From the IMG/VR virus record IMGVR_UViG_3300030118_003880, positions 1-50,183 of that record: a stretch of DNA of 50,183 bases, one strand, 5' to 3'. The notes beneath the pieces were generated by a model. It did no database searches, had not been told where the DNA came from, and saw only the letters and a program-made list of their open reading frames with translations. Positions 17,633-26,696 of the stretch are shown here, piece by piece. The translations under genes were made by a program, and so were the position numbers. Within the stretch, counting starts at the first letter, position 1. The number at the start of each line of letters is the position of its first letter. The stretch is from a virus (taxonomy: Duplodnaviria; Caudoviricetes).

Positions 17633-18827
17633 TATTGTTCTACAAAAATTAATCACGGCGCATAATCTTATTCCGTCGGGCGGCATACTTACCAAAAAAT
17701 CCGGTAAAGAATTTCACGAATCTTGGAAGGTACAACAATACATGATGGGATTTCAATTCAAAGATCTTCCAAATAGTGTGCAAACTGCTTATCCGGATCA
17801 ATCAAAGATCTACGGTATGAATAGCCCAATAATGTTTGAAAGTCTTGGTGAACATGGTATGTACCATACGCACGGCGGGGTCGGTCATTTTGAACAAGGC
17901 TTAGATCTACGCAATGTCAATAAATTTAATGACAATGCGGTAAAGGAAACGTTGCGCGAAAATGCACGGGAAGTATCACAAGCCGCTAAATTTTATGTAG
18001 ATCTATCCGGTCCCGACGAATTAGAAGCGGAAGAAGTAGAAAAAATTATTCCGGAACTAAAAGTATATTCGCCATATAAAAGTGTTTTCTTGCAAGTAGA
18101 AACACCGGAAACCGTACACAATGTTTTGATTAAAGATTACACCGATGAAACAAAAAGTTTGACGACAACCGATAACGAAAAAACTACCGGCATATTGTCG
18201 TTCGTAAATTATGTATATATCAAAGAAGGTAGAAAAGGACCATACTTTTTATATGATCCAAATACATATAATATTTGTTGGCATGATGATATGAGTTGGA
18301 CATATGAAATCAATGGTCAAGGAATTATAGATCAAGACGGCGAAGCTATTTCCCATAAGCCAATATGGCACGACTTTCTTGATCTTACAAAAAGTCCCGA
18401 AGGAAGATATATGAATCAAGGATTAGAAGATCACGTGCAAATGATCCATTCTTGTTTTATGCAATTTATGATACTTCTACAATATCCGATGATTTGCAAT
18501 GTCAAAGAAGTCAAAGGTCGTGGCAATATATTTTTAGACAAGACCGTAAAACATACCGTAAGCGAACTTAGACGTGAACCTAAATTTACTCATAAAACCT
18601 TAACGCTAGATCTATATGGATCTTCGCAACAAAAAGGCGGCGTCATAGAAGAAGGTAAAGGCAAAGCATTTCATAGCGTTAGAAAGCATTTAAGACGCCT
18701 TGCCAACGGTAAATTGACTTGGGTAAAGGCGCATTTTAGGGGTAGTAAAGATCATGGAACGGTATTCAAAGACTATGACATAGATCCTACGAAGCCTATA
18801 ATTGAAAATAATAGAAACATACATTAG
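17625..18827 (+). CDS. Hypothetical protein with C-terminal H.VR.H.R...WV..H.RG motif
   Basis: 400-aa ORF, GAGGTG RBS. Confidence 0.75.
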   Translation: MNNIVLQKLITAHNLIPSGGILTKKSGKEFHESWKVQQYMMGFQFKDLPNSVQTAYPDQSKIYGMNSPIMFESLGEHGMYHTHGGVGHFEQGLDLRNVNKFNDNAVKETLRENAREVSQAAKFYVDLSGPDELEAEEVEKIIPELKVYSPYKSVFLQVETPETVHNVLIKDYTDETKSLTTTDNEKTTGILSFVNYVYIKEGRKGPYFLYDPNTYNICWHDDMSWTYEINGQGIIDQDGEAISHKPIWHDFLDLTKSPEGRYMNQGLEDHVQMIHSCFMQFMILLQYPMICNVKEVKGRGNIFLDKTVKHTVSELRREPKFTHKTLTLDLYGSSQQKGGVIEEGKGKAFHSVRKHLRRLANGKLTWVKAHFRGSKDHGTVFKDYDIDPTKPIIENNRNIH

Positions 18828-18835
18828 GAGGTAAT

Positions 18836-19000
18836 ATGAAACTTCACTTTCCAAATAACAAGCCAAACACACAAACGGTTCAATTTAGAATAGATCCGGA
18901 AACAAAAAAGAAAATGAATGTTCTTAAAAAATACTATAAAGTAAGAACAGGGGAACTTATAAAAAAGATGATTGAAGTTTGTTGGGAGGAACTACCATGA
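18836..19000 (+). CDS. Ribbon-helix-helix-like small protein (54 aa, not in ORF track)
   Basis: AGGAGG RBS; TVQFRIDPETKKKM...TGELIKKMIE. Confidence 0.6.
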   Translation: MKLHFPNNKPNTQTVQFRIDPETKKKMNVLKKYYKVRTGELIKKMIEVCWEELP

Positions 19001-19176
19001 AACAATTTAAGTTTGAATACGACCCGAATGATAGTCACGAAAATAATTTTCGTTGTTGGTATTCGGAAAATTCTAGTGAAAGAAGATATTTCAAAGAAAG
19101 GGTGCTAACAAAGCACGAAGCGAAATATGTCTTTAATAAGATGTATGGTGATAAATCACGCCGTTTGACCGCCTAG
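18997..19176 (+). CDS. Hypothetical protein
   Basis: GGAGG RBS, ATGA coupling. Confidence 0.6.
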   Translation: MKQFKFEYDPNDSHENNFRCWYSENSSERRYFKERVLTKHEAKYVFNKMYGDKSRRLTA

Positions 19177-19404
19177 ATCTTTTTCTTCGCGTTCACTTTT
19201 ATAGGCGATATTCATTCCGGCTAAAGTAAGTAGTCGTCGTCTTTCGTCATTTCCGGAATCGGTCAATATAGCACCGCCATTTTTTAATTCTACAAGACCT
19301 TCTTTGACTAAAGCGTTAAGCACTTCGGAAGGCATAGATTCTTCCTTGAACATTACCGATAAAAGACCGCCTAGTCTTTTGGTTTGTGTTTTACTTAACG
19401 CCAT
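19156..19404 (-). CDS. Small hypothetical (wHTH-like) protein
   Basis: L..EGLVE.....LT..G pattern; last gene of the late strand. Confidence 0.55.
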   Translation of the reverse strand: MALSKTQTKRLGGLLSVMFKEESMPSEVLNALVKEGLVELKNGGAILTDSGNDERRRLLTLAGMNIAYKSEREEKDLGGQTA

Positions 19405-19486
19405 AAAGATTTGAAAAACAATTTCATTTTAATCAACAATGGAACTTCTTTTGGATCTAATTCCTTTATTGTAGGTTTTTCCCATT

Positions 19487-19930
19487 TCATATATTAGACC
19501 AATCCCGACCTTCCCATAAAGCCGCTTCGGCTTCACGACGTCTAACCAATCCATTATTTACAGATCCACCGGCTTTATTCCATCTTTTTATTTGTGACGG
19601 AACTTCATGTTTTTTTCCGTCGTTCAAAACTTTTAAGAGCGTTGAACTTTTTAGGTTTGCCGGTCCTAAGTTGTAGGTCCATGAACAAAGCGAATCAAAT
19701 TCATTTTGTGATAATTGTACTTCTACAAGATCATTCACATAGTTTTCAAATTCAATTATGTCACCATCAAAACGTTCGTCGGCGTAGCTTTGGGACCAAA
19801 CGGTATCTTTATCAACGCCCCTAGTGGCGCCCCAACCACACGTCCACACATTAGCAGAACATAGATAGGCTTCTAGCCGACAACCTTCAAACTTTTTAAT
19901 TAATGCTTTTCCTTCTTCAGATATATTCAT
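19487..19930 (-). CDS. Endolysin, GH24 phage lysozyme
   Basis: IKKFEGCRLEAY, WTCGWG, YNLG, RWNKAGG, GLVRRR.AE. Confidence 0.92.
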   Translation of the reverse strand: MNISEEGKALIKKFEGCRLEAYLCSANVWTCGWGATRGVDKDTVWSQSYADERFDGDIIEFENYVNDLVEVQLSQNEFDSLCSWTYNLGPANLKSSTLLKVLNDGKKHEVPSQIKRWNKAGGSVNNGLVRRREAEAALWEGRDWSNI

Positions 19931-19931
19931 A

Positions 19932-20303
19932 TTAGTAATCCCCCCATACTTTTGATTTCTTCCCGCCGAAATACTCAACGGCGTGTCCTTCTTTGATAAG
20001 CAATTCGCATATATTTTCGTCAGATTCCGTATAAGGTATCCCCAAAATACGTCCATATTTTCCACGTCCAAGTGATTCTATTTTTAATTTTGTACCACAT
20101 AATTCTATTAGTCTAGCTTTTGCGGCAAGACCTAACTTCTTTTCGGCAAGATCCCTAGTACGTGATTCTGGGGTATCAATCCCGTGCAGACGTACGCGTT
20201 GTTTTTCTAAAATTACATTGAAACCTAGATCTAAGTGAACATCAATTGTATCGCCGTCAATTACACGATCTAGTATGGCGTTATATACAAATGGCTTGAT
20301 CAT
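19932..20303 (-). CDS. Thermonuclease (SNase) family protein
   Basis: RVIDGDTIDV, VRL.GIDTPE, GKYGRILG. Confidence 0.9.
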   Translation of the reverse strand: MIKPFVYNAILDRVIDGDTIDVHLDLGFNVILEKQRVRLHGIDTPESRTRDLAEKKLGLAAKARLIELCGTKLKIESLGRGKYGRILGIPYTESDENICELLIKEGHAVEYFGGKKSKVWGDY

Positions 20304-20306
20304 AAT

Positions 20307-20326
20307 AAAAAAGGTGCGTCTGCACC
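20307..20326 (-). terminator. Putative intrinsic terminator between the holin-like gene and the nuclease
   Basis: GGTGC-AGAC-GCACC followed by T6 on the - strand. Confidence 0.45.
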
Positions 20327-20336
20327 CACCCCGTAT

Positions 20337-20504
20337 CTACTTATCTTTGGCACGTCCCACGTTTAAAGCTGCCCAATCCAATAAACGGTACACCTTTCCA
20401 ATGAATTTATCGTCCTTCGGCGTAGGTGTCAAACTAGCTACCAACGATGCGGCGGCTATTATGTATGGCACTATTTGAATCAATTTTAAAATAAAATCTA
20501 TCAT
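20337..20504 (-). CDS. Small membrane protein, putative holin (55 aa, not in ORF track)
   Basis: MIDFILKLIQIVPYIIAAASLVASLTPTPKDDKF...; GGGGAG RBS; inside the lysis cluster. Confidence 0.65.
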   Translation of the reverse strand: MIDFILKLIQIVPYIIAAASLVASLTPTPKDDKFIGKVYRLLDWAALNVGRAKDK

Positions 20505-20562
20505 AATTTCACTCCCCGCAGTTTTTAAATTTTGAAACTGCTATCGTGATAATACCAAAAAT

Positions 20563-20943
20563 TTAGTCTTTTGTGGATTTTTCTTCTTCTTCTTCTTCTT
20601 TATCGTATTCCCGATAAAATTCTATGATGCCTAATGTTTCTTTAATATACCGTGTTATTTCCGCCATATTCATACTTAAATTTTCATATTCTTTGGTAGT
20701 CAAAGCGTAATATGCTTTTCTTGGTGCATTACCTTCTTCAACTAATCTAATATATTCTTCCATAAGTTCCGGCGTAAGAACTTCCCAATCTACGTCCGAT
20801 AATTGTAATTCTAAGGGTAGTGGTGGGTGATACATAGGCGGTCTTTCCGCAATAGTCACAACTTCTACCGGCTTTGTTTGCGATGGGATCATAGAGCAAC
20901 CCGACATAAATATTATAGAACTAATCAGGCAGATTTTATTCAT
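20563..20943 (-). CDS. Putative o-spanin (lipoprotein)
   Basis: Signal peptide with MSGC lipobox, Pro-rich segment; overlaps the i-spanin end. Confidence 0.65.
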   Translation of the reverse strand: MNKICLISSIIFMSGCSMIPSQTKPVEVVTIAERPPMYHPPLPLELQLSDVDWEVLTPELMEEYIRLVEEGNAPRKAYYALTTKEYENLSMNMAEITRYIKETLGIIEFYREYDKEEEEEEKSTKD

Positions 20944-21328
20944 TGTCAAATTGCTCCGGATCCGTGATAGAAATTAATTCGTCTTTTACCCTTAGTGTTC
21001 CTTTATTGACCCTTGTTTGTATCAATGCCGGTTTTGCTAAAGCAAGATTGTCAAGATCATGTTTTGCAAACGTATCCCTAAGTTTTGCAACCTGTCTATT
21101 CGCTTCTTGGTTCTTTTTTGTCAATTCGTTTACTTGATTTTGTGTTTGTGTTTGCCTTTCTAAGTGCGCTTTTATGGCTTCGTTTTGTTGTTTTATTTGT
21201 CCTTCTAAGGCTATGGCATTGCCCTTTAAAACGCTTATTTCATCTTGTAAGCGATCAATGTACCAAGCCGATCCGGCAACGGATAAGATAAGAAGTAAAC
21301 CTAGAACTGCGGCGACTTTAAAACCCAT
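20936..21328 (-). CDS. Putative i-spanin
   Basis: N-terminal TM helix followed by a long coiled coil. Confidence 0.65.
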   Translation of the reverse strand: MGFKVAAVLGLLLILSVAGSAWYIDRLQDEISVLKGNAIALEGQIKQQNEAIKAHLERQTQTQNQVNELTKKNQEANRQVAKLRDTFAKHDLDNLALAKPALIQTRVNKGTLRVKDELISITDPEQFDNE

Positions 21329-21334
21329 AAAAAT

Positions 21335-21363
21335 AGTATAAAAAAAAAGTAAAAAAAAGTCTA
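21335..21363 (-). promoter_or_regulatory. Promoter for the lysis cassette (possibly leaderless)
   Basis: TAGACT-17-TATACT; predicted +1 falls at the ATG (21328); no SD. Confidence 0.45.
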
Positions 21364-21371
21364 AAAAAGAC

Positions 21372-21401
21372 TTGACAAGATAGTCCAAAATGACATATTA
21401 T
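21372..21401 (+). promoter_or_regulatory. Strong promoter of + strand island 1 with operator-like box
   Basis: A-tracts upstream, TTGACA-18-TATTAT; box AGTCC-AAAAT-GACAT at 21382-21396. Confidence 0.65.
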
Positions 21402-21449
21402 ATACATATGGTAAATATTAAATTAAATAATCTAAAAGGAGAAAATAAA

Positions 21450-21611
21450 ATGATAAACCATGAAGTGAAATTAGAAGAAGTTGCTAAATTAGTGAAGGGT
21501 CTTAGCGTAGAAGATATGCAAAGATTAGAAAGAATCTTGGACCATGAACTAGCGGTAGCGCACCATCAAAGATGGGCTTTAGAAAATGTACTAAGAAAAG
21601 GGGCGGCGTAA
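21450..21611 (+). CDS. Small hypothetical protein (53 aa)
   Basis: GGAGAAAATAAAATG RBS/start. Confidence 0.65.
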   Translation: MINHEVKLEEVAKLVKGLSVEDMQRLERILDHELAVAHHQRWALENVLRKGAA

Positions 21612-21626
21612 GCCCCCCTTCTTTTT
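21598..21626 (+). terminator. Intrinsic terminator overlapping the stop codon
   Basis: AAGGGG(C)GGC-GTAA-GCCCCCCTT then T-run. Confidence 0.6.
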
Positions 21627-21637
21627 GGAGATATAAA

Positions 21638-21910
21638 ATGAACGATAATAAAATGCAAATTATTACAAGCGCAATCTATATCGGTAATGCCTACATTATT
21701 GAAAAGATAGATGGATATTTTAATACATTGTGGGTAGCACCTAGATTCAAAGACGGCACGGTTGACGATTCACAATGGAGTATTGTTGAGGACGAAGGTG
21801 TTATCAATACGGTCCTTGATTGGAATAGCGTTGAAGTGCTAGAAGAAATAACCGTAGATGAATTTTGTGAAAGGGCTTCTTTAATGAAGCCGGAAAAGGG
21901 GGAAGAATAA
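21638..21910 (+). CDS. Hypothetical protein
   Basis: GGAG RBS, 90 aa. Confidence 0.6.
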   Translation: MNDNKMQIITSAIYIGNAYIIEKIDGYFNTLWVAPRFKDGTVDDSQWSIVEDEGVINTVLDWNSVEVLEEITVDEFCERASLMKPEKGEE

Positions 21911-22107
21911 TGGAAACTATTTATAGGGTTTATGGAGATCTTACATTAAATGGTGAAACCGGTCGTGTATGGTTTTTACAAACTAAGGATCTTAAATATG
22001 CGATTGATAAACTTAATAGATTGACGCTTCAAGGTAGAAAAAATCTTGAAATAAAAACTAAGACTATCAATAGTGAATTTGAAAGAAATCACGACGATTG
22101 GGTTTAA
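21910..22107 (+). CDS. Hypothetical protein
   Basis: TAATG coupling, 65 aa. Confidence 0.6.
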   Translation: METIYRVYGDLTLNGETGRVWFLQTKDLKYAIDKLNRLTLQGRKNLEIKTKTINSEFERNHDDWV

Positions 22108-23927
22108 TCTTTATATAATTTCTTTACAACACCATCAAAAGTCGGGGCGTAAATCCCGACTTTTTCTTCTTTACCTTTTACACTAATAACACCAAGATCC
22201 GCACACAAAATTCTATCTTTTACTTTTTCATATGTATATTCACTTATAATTATTGGTGTATTTTGTTTTCTTGTTTCCGCTTCTAGTCTTGCGGCAAGAT
22301 TTACCGAATCGCCAAGTACGCTATAATTCATACGCATATTACTACCCATATTTCCTACAATACAAGTTCCGGTATTCGCCCCAGATCCAAACATTACGGG
22401 CGGTAGATCTAAACCTTTGTCTTTTATTTCTTGATTTAGTTCGTCACATAATATTTCTAGTTCTATAAGTGTTTTTGTAGCTAAATATGCGTGATCTTCT
22501 TCGGGTATTGGCGCACCCCAAAACGCAACAATACAATCGCCGACGTATTTGTCTAAAGTGCCGCCATTTTGCATTATTACGGACGTCATTTTGTCTAAAA
22601 AACCATTTATTAGATCAACCAAGCCTTCGGGGTCGTCTTTTTGCATATATTTTTCCGATATAGGGGTAAAACCAACAATATCTGAAAAAATAAACGTTAG
22701 ATCGCGTCTATCGCCGCCCAATTTCATCAATGAAGGGTCTTTTACTATCATATCTACATATTCTTTTGATATGTAAGTACCAAATTGTCCTTTTATTTGT
22801 TCTTTTAGCTTTTGTTGTTCCCTAAACTTCAAATAAAAGCCGGTAGAAGCCGTTATAAATTGTGAAATCATGGTCCAAGTGACGTCAATCAACAAAGATC
22901 TACCGATTAATTGAAAGCCTAAGAAGCCCGTCATTGAAAAGATGCTTAGAAACGATGCTAAACCCCACATAAAGCCTAAATTCATTACTAGAAGCCATAA
23001 AAGGGCGATAGAAAGCAAAAATATAGCTAGTTCAACGGCAATAGCATAATCCGGAATATATGGGCTATTTGGTACAAGTATTGATTCGGCTAAAGCGGCT
23101 TGTATTTTGTGCGGCTCTAGCAATCCGACGGGTGTTGCGACTTGCGGCATCACCCCCGCCGCCGTGACGCCTATAATTACAAACTTGCCTTCTACATTCA
23201 TTTCTTGAAGATCCGTTTGTGTAGTGTCAATCCATGAAATCCATTTTCTACCATTTAGATCCGTAGAAACCGGTGGTATTCCACGTATTGATATAGATTC
23301 AATACCATTATCATTCGTACTTATAATGTAGGATTTTACGCCCATCAAAGATTTATATATTTGTGTACCAAAAGAAGGCGTCCAACCGTCGGGTGTTCTA
23401 TATAGTAAAGGTATTCTTCTTACTAAATTATCTATTTCGGTGGGGGCGGTCGCTATTCCTTGATCCGCAGACATAGATATTACATCAAGATTTTGGACCA
23501 CCCCGCTAACTTGTATGCCGCCAATATCATTTCCTTTTATTATTGTACCCGTAGTCGGTGGAAATGAACCGGAATTATCTTCAAACATCGCTAATACCGA
23601 AGGTGAATATTGCAACGCTTCGGCAAAAACAGCGTCACCACCAAGACGATCTTTTTGCGGAAAAGCAATAGTCCAACCAACGCCAATCGCACCTTTATTT
23701 AATAATTCAACATGGATCTCCGCTAATCTTTGTCTTGGTAAAGGATACCCGCCTTCACGGCGTACATCTTCTTCGGTAATATTCAAAATAACAAAATTAC
23801 CGGATTCGTTATACGTGGGAACTAAATAATCAAAAGTTCGTAATTTAATTATTTGCGTTGGTACGCTATCAATCAAAAGTGGTATTGCTAAAAGCGGCAA
23901 CAAAATAAGTATTAATTTTTTTTGCAT
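22104..23927 (-). CDS. CHASE2-domain class III adenylate cyclase
   Basis: N-terminal TM, CHASE2-like region (YPLPR..LA, DNLVRRIPL), 3 TM helices, catalytic FSDIVGFT, DKYVGD, GDSVNLAARLE, VKGK. Confidence 0.92.
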   Translation of the reverse strand: MQKKLILILLPLLAIPLLIDSVPTQIIKLRTFDYLVPTYNESGNFVILNITEEDVRREGGYPLPRQRLAEIHVELLNKGAIGVGWTIAFPQKDRLGGDAVFAEALQYSPSVLAMFEDNSGSFPPTTGTIIKGNDIGGIQVSGVVQNLDVISMSADQGIATAPTEIDNLVRRIPLLYRTPDGWTPSFGTQIYKSLMGVKSYIISTNDNGIESISIRGIPPVSTDLNGRKWISWIDTTQTDLQEMNVEGKFVIIGVTAAGVMPQVATPVGLLEPHKIQAALAESILVPNSPYIPDYAIAVELAIFLLSIALLWLLVMNLGFMWGLASFLSIFSMTGFLGFQLIGRSLLIDVTWTMISQFITASTGFYLKFREQQKLKEQIKGQFGTYISKEYVDMIVKDPSLMKLGGDRRDLTFIFSDIVGFTPISEKYMQKDDPEGLVDLINGFLDKMTSVIMQNGGTLDKYVGDCIVAFWGAPIPEEDHAYLATKTLIELEILCDELNQEIKDKGLDLPPVMFGSGANTGTCIVGNMGSNMRMNYSVLGDSVNLAARLEAETRKQNTPIIISEYTYEKVKDRILCADLGVISVKGKEEKVGIYAPTFDGVVKKLYKD

Positions 23928-23955
23928 TTCTATTCCTTTTCGGTATAATTCTATT

Positions 23956-24119
23956 ACTTTATGTTTTTTTAAATAAGTTTGACATAATGTTAAAAAATAT
24001 CACGGTGCAGAAGCGTGACGGGGTGGTTTTTGAGATTATTTATCCACCCCACCTTTTCTAACTATCTCCTATTCTTAGATAGTTAATGGGATCGTTTTAG
24101 GGTAGCGGTCCCATTTTTT
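23956..24119 (+). ncRNA. Candidate small RNA with four consecutive hairpins
   Basis: Upstream TTGCAT-16-TATAAT; stems at 24000-24018, 24020-24050, 24059-24085 and terminator-like 24085-24119. Confidence 0.35.
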
Positions 24120-25293
24120 AACCCCCACTTTGTTTAATTGTAATCCTACTATCGGAACCACCATTTACTAAAATCGTTTGACTTTTGCCGTCTTGAATCA
24201 ATATTACGGTATATGAATTATTGCCATTAATATTTATTTGTGCGGTAGCGTTTGACGCTTCACGTTGTAGTGTCAATATTTCACCCGTCATAAATGTAAT
24301 GATTCCGGTTTCTAAATCTTGTCCAAATTTTGTACCACGTAATTGTACGCCCGATAAATTTTGTGCAAGTGCATCTTCTTCTTCTTGCACATCAAGTTCG
24401 TCCAATATATCTAAAAGATCTACTAGAAATGTTGTATCGGCTAAATAATCTATATCAAGTTCTTGGAAATCTTTTAGTTCGTCTTGTAGTAGATCCGAAG
24501 AATCAAGATAATCTATATCAAGATCGTTAAAATCTAAAATATCATTTTGTGCGGAAGTTGTTTCTTCATTTATTATTTGTTCTTCTTGTGGCGGAACAAC
24601 AATTAAATAATTATCTATAAGATCTAATGTAAGATCTAAAATTACAGGTTTAGAAGGTGGGCTTTCAAATACGCTAACGGTAGTCGCTTGATATGGTTCA
24701 TTTAAAATCACGGATCCGGTAGCGGTAAAAACTTCAATTTCACCACTTGCACTTCCGTCCGCCGAAGGCAAAAGAATAACTAGAGAGCGCCCGAACTCGT
24801 CAACGACGGTTGAAAAATCTGTACCGCGAATCGCTATATTGGCGGTTGGTGTTTTTAGTGTAATGTTTTGTTTTGCTATTTTATTTAAAGATCCACTAAC
24901 AAATCGTGTTGTGCCAATAGCAAAAGTCAAAGCCATTTTAGATTTTGATGGGTCCGGATCGTAGATATATTCGTCAATAAGAAGCTGACTATGCTCGGTC
25001 ATACGAACAATAGAATCGTCAAGAAAAGTGATAGCCATACGACCGTTTTTCGTTATGGCTTCATCATTAGTTTTAACGCCTAATTTTAAGGCGGCGTCTT
25101 TGGTTTCTAACCTTGATATTATTTGACCATTACCCGATAGTTCGGATATGTCACCTATATCAACAGCTTGTTGAGGTTCCGCCGTCGTTCTGAACGACAC
25201 AAATATTACTATTGCTAGTATTTGAAAGGATTTTAAGGTAATCCCGTGCCAACGTAGAACTTTGCGTAATATTAACCGTATTTGATGAACCAT
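24118..25293 (-). CDS. FecR-domain exported protein
   Basis: Signal-like N-terminus; T.NGRM.ITFLDDS.V, LKTPTA.IAIRGTDF, GEIEV motifs; start uncertain. Confidence 0.85.
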   Translation of the reverse strand: MVHQIRLILRKVLRWHGITLKSFQILAIVIFVSFRTTAEPQQAVDIGDISELSGNGQIISRLETKDAALKLGVKTNDEAITKNGRMAITFLDDSIVRMTEHSQLLIDEYIYDPDPSKSKMALTFAIGTTRFVSGSLNKIAKQNITLKTPTANIAIRGTDFSTVVDEFGRSLVILLPSADGSASGEIEVFTATGSVILNEPYQATTVSVFESPPSKPVILDLTLDLIDNYLIVVPPQEEQIINEETTSAQNDILDFNDLDIDYLDSSDLLQDELKDFQELDIDYLADTTFLVDLLDILDELDVQEEEDALAQNLSGVQLRGTKFGQDLETGIITFMTGEILTLQREASNATAQININGNNSYTVILIQDGKSQTILVNGGSDSRITIKQSGG

Positions 25294-25897
25294 CTAAATC
25301 CAAATAAAAATAGCCACTATCGCTTGATGTAGTACCACCATAACCACTTCCGGAAAAGTTTATGGTATTACTTGATCCATTTATATCCATATAGTTTATT
25401 GCGTTTGCATAATCTATATCAAAATCAAACGTGTTGGACCCACCTAGAATAATCCAATCCATATCAAGGTAAGATGAATCCGCATCTTCGGCAATTTTTA
25501 TATCGGCGGTATTACTTGATCCGGTGACGTCAATATTCATATTTATATAGTCACTAGATATAAGACCGGAAGAATTTACAAGTAAATCCCATACATTAGA
25601 ATCACCATCAAATTCAAAAAAGCCGGTGATATTGTCACCATCTATCGCATCGGATCTAAAAATATTTGATGATCCAATTTGATTAATGTCTAAGATCATG
25701 GAAGCACCATCAAGGTCAAGCGCAGTCATTTGACCGCTTTGAGCCGAAGTGCCACCAATAAGGTTAGAAGATCCCAATTGTTCAAGATCAATAGCGGCAT
25801 TTGAACCGGATTGATCTACGCTTACTTCATTATCTCCGAAAACTAACGGCGAATTTATGGCTATAAAAAATAATGAAAACAATAATTTATTCTTCAT
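25160..25897 (-). CDS. Curlin-like secreted repeat protein
   Basis: Signal peptide; repeated (Q/I)xGSSN-type units (VDQSGSN, LEQLGSSN, INQIGSSN, VTGSSN); directly after csgG. Confidence 0.65.
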   Translation of the reverse strand: MKNKLLFSLFFIAINSPLVFGDNEVSVDQSGSNAAIDLEQLGSSNLIGGTSAQSGQMTALDLDGASMILDINQIGSSNIFRSDAIDGDNITGFFEFDGDSNVWDLLVNSSGLISSDYINMNIDVTGSSNTADIKIAEDADSSYLDMDWIILGGSNTFDFDIDYANAINYMDINGSSNTINFSGSGYGGTTSSDSGYFYLDLDGSSNTVNITQSSTLARDYLKILSNTSNSNICVVQNDGGTSTSC

Positions 25898-26696
25898 GTT
25901 TCCAATATCCCCTGTCATAACCGACAGATATAATATCTAATAATGCACTTTCTATTGATTTTTGTAAAGCTATCGTGGTGCTTTCATTGGACGCACTTCC
26001 GATTTCTATTTCTACTAATTCGGTACCCGCTTCAATAAATTTAAAAACATCGTTTGACCTACCGTGCGAATATATTGTTTTTGTCTTTGTAGATTCAATC
26101 AAGACTTCACCGGTATTGACGCTAATCATACGCAAACTTATTGTAATATGGTCGGTCCTGTACATTTCTGAAACACCCACGCCCAACCATCTGGCGCCGA
26201 CGCCTCCGCTAGTTCGGTTGGTTTCATAAGCTATAACCGCCCCTTCAAAAAGGATTCCGGCAAACAAAAGCGGTAGTAAAACTTTTTCTTCTTTTAGTTG
26301 TTCCCTAGTGCTTCTTATGAGTTGTCTTTCACGGGTTAGGTTTTCCAATCCGCCCCGTTCTACTACACGAAAGAATTTGCCATCGGACACTTGTTTTAAA
26401 GTTCGGATAAGTAATGCCGAAGGTTGTTGTGTTATTGCACTAGAAAAAAGCGCAAATTCACTATTGCTTTTTCTTTGTCCGGTTTGATCCGTAAATCCGG
26501 TTGGATATACCGCCACTACCGGCGGATTTATTGGTTTTGGTACAAGTGCTAATTTAGGATCTATTGGTAATTGATATGGTACGTCTAATCCTTTACTTGG
26601 AAAACGCTCGGCATATGTATCTTCTCTAACGTCTAGTATTGAACAACTAGAAAGTAAAAGAACCAATAGGTAAGGTAATTTCGGTCGTATTTCCAT
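25887..26696 (-). CDS. csgG: Curli secretion channel CsgG-family lipoprotein
   Basis: LSSC lipobox; VAVY..F.DQTGQ.K, FS.A.TQ, VER.GL.NLT.ERQ.IR, EG.V.AYE.N..SGGVGAR. Confidence 0.92.
   Translation of the reverse strand: MEIRPKLPYLLVLLLSSCSILDVREDTYAERFPSKGLDVPYQLPIDPKLALVPKPINPPVVAVYPTGFTDQTGQRKSNSEFALFSSAITQQPSALLIRTLKQVSDGKFFRVVERGGLENLTRERQLIRSTREQLKEEKVLLPLLFAGILFEGAVIAYETNRTSGGVGARWLGVGVSEMYRTDHITISLRMISVNTGEVLIESTKTKTIYSHGRSNDVFKFIEAGTELVEIEIGSASNESTTIALQKSIESALLDIISVGYDRGYWKHEE

Noticed and set aside
19931-20071. N-terminal extension of the lysozyme given in the ORF track
   Set aside because: It overlaps the nuclease gene; the family N-terminus and RBS point to the ATG at 19930
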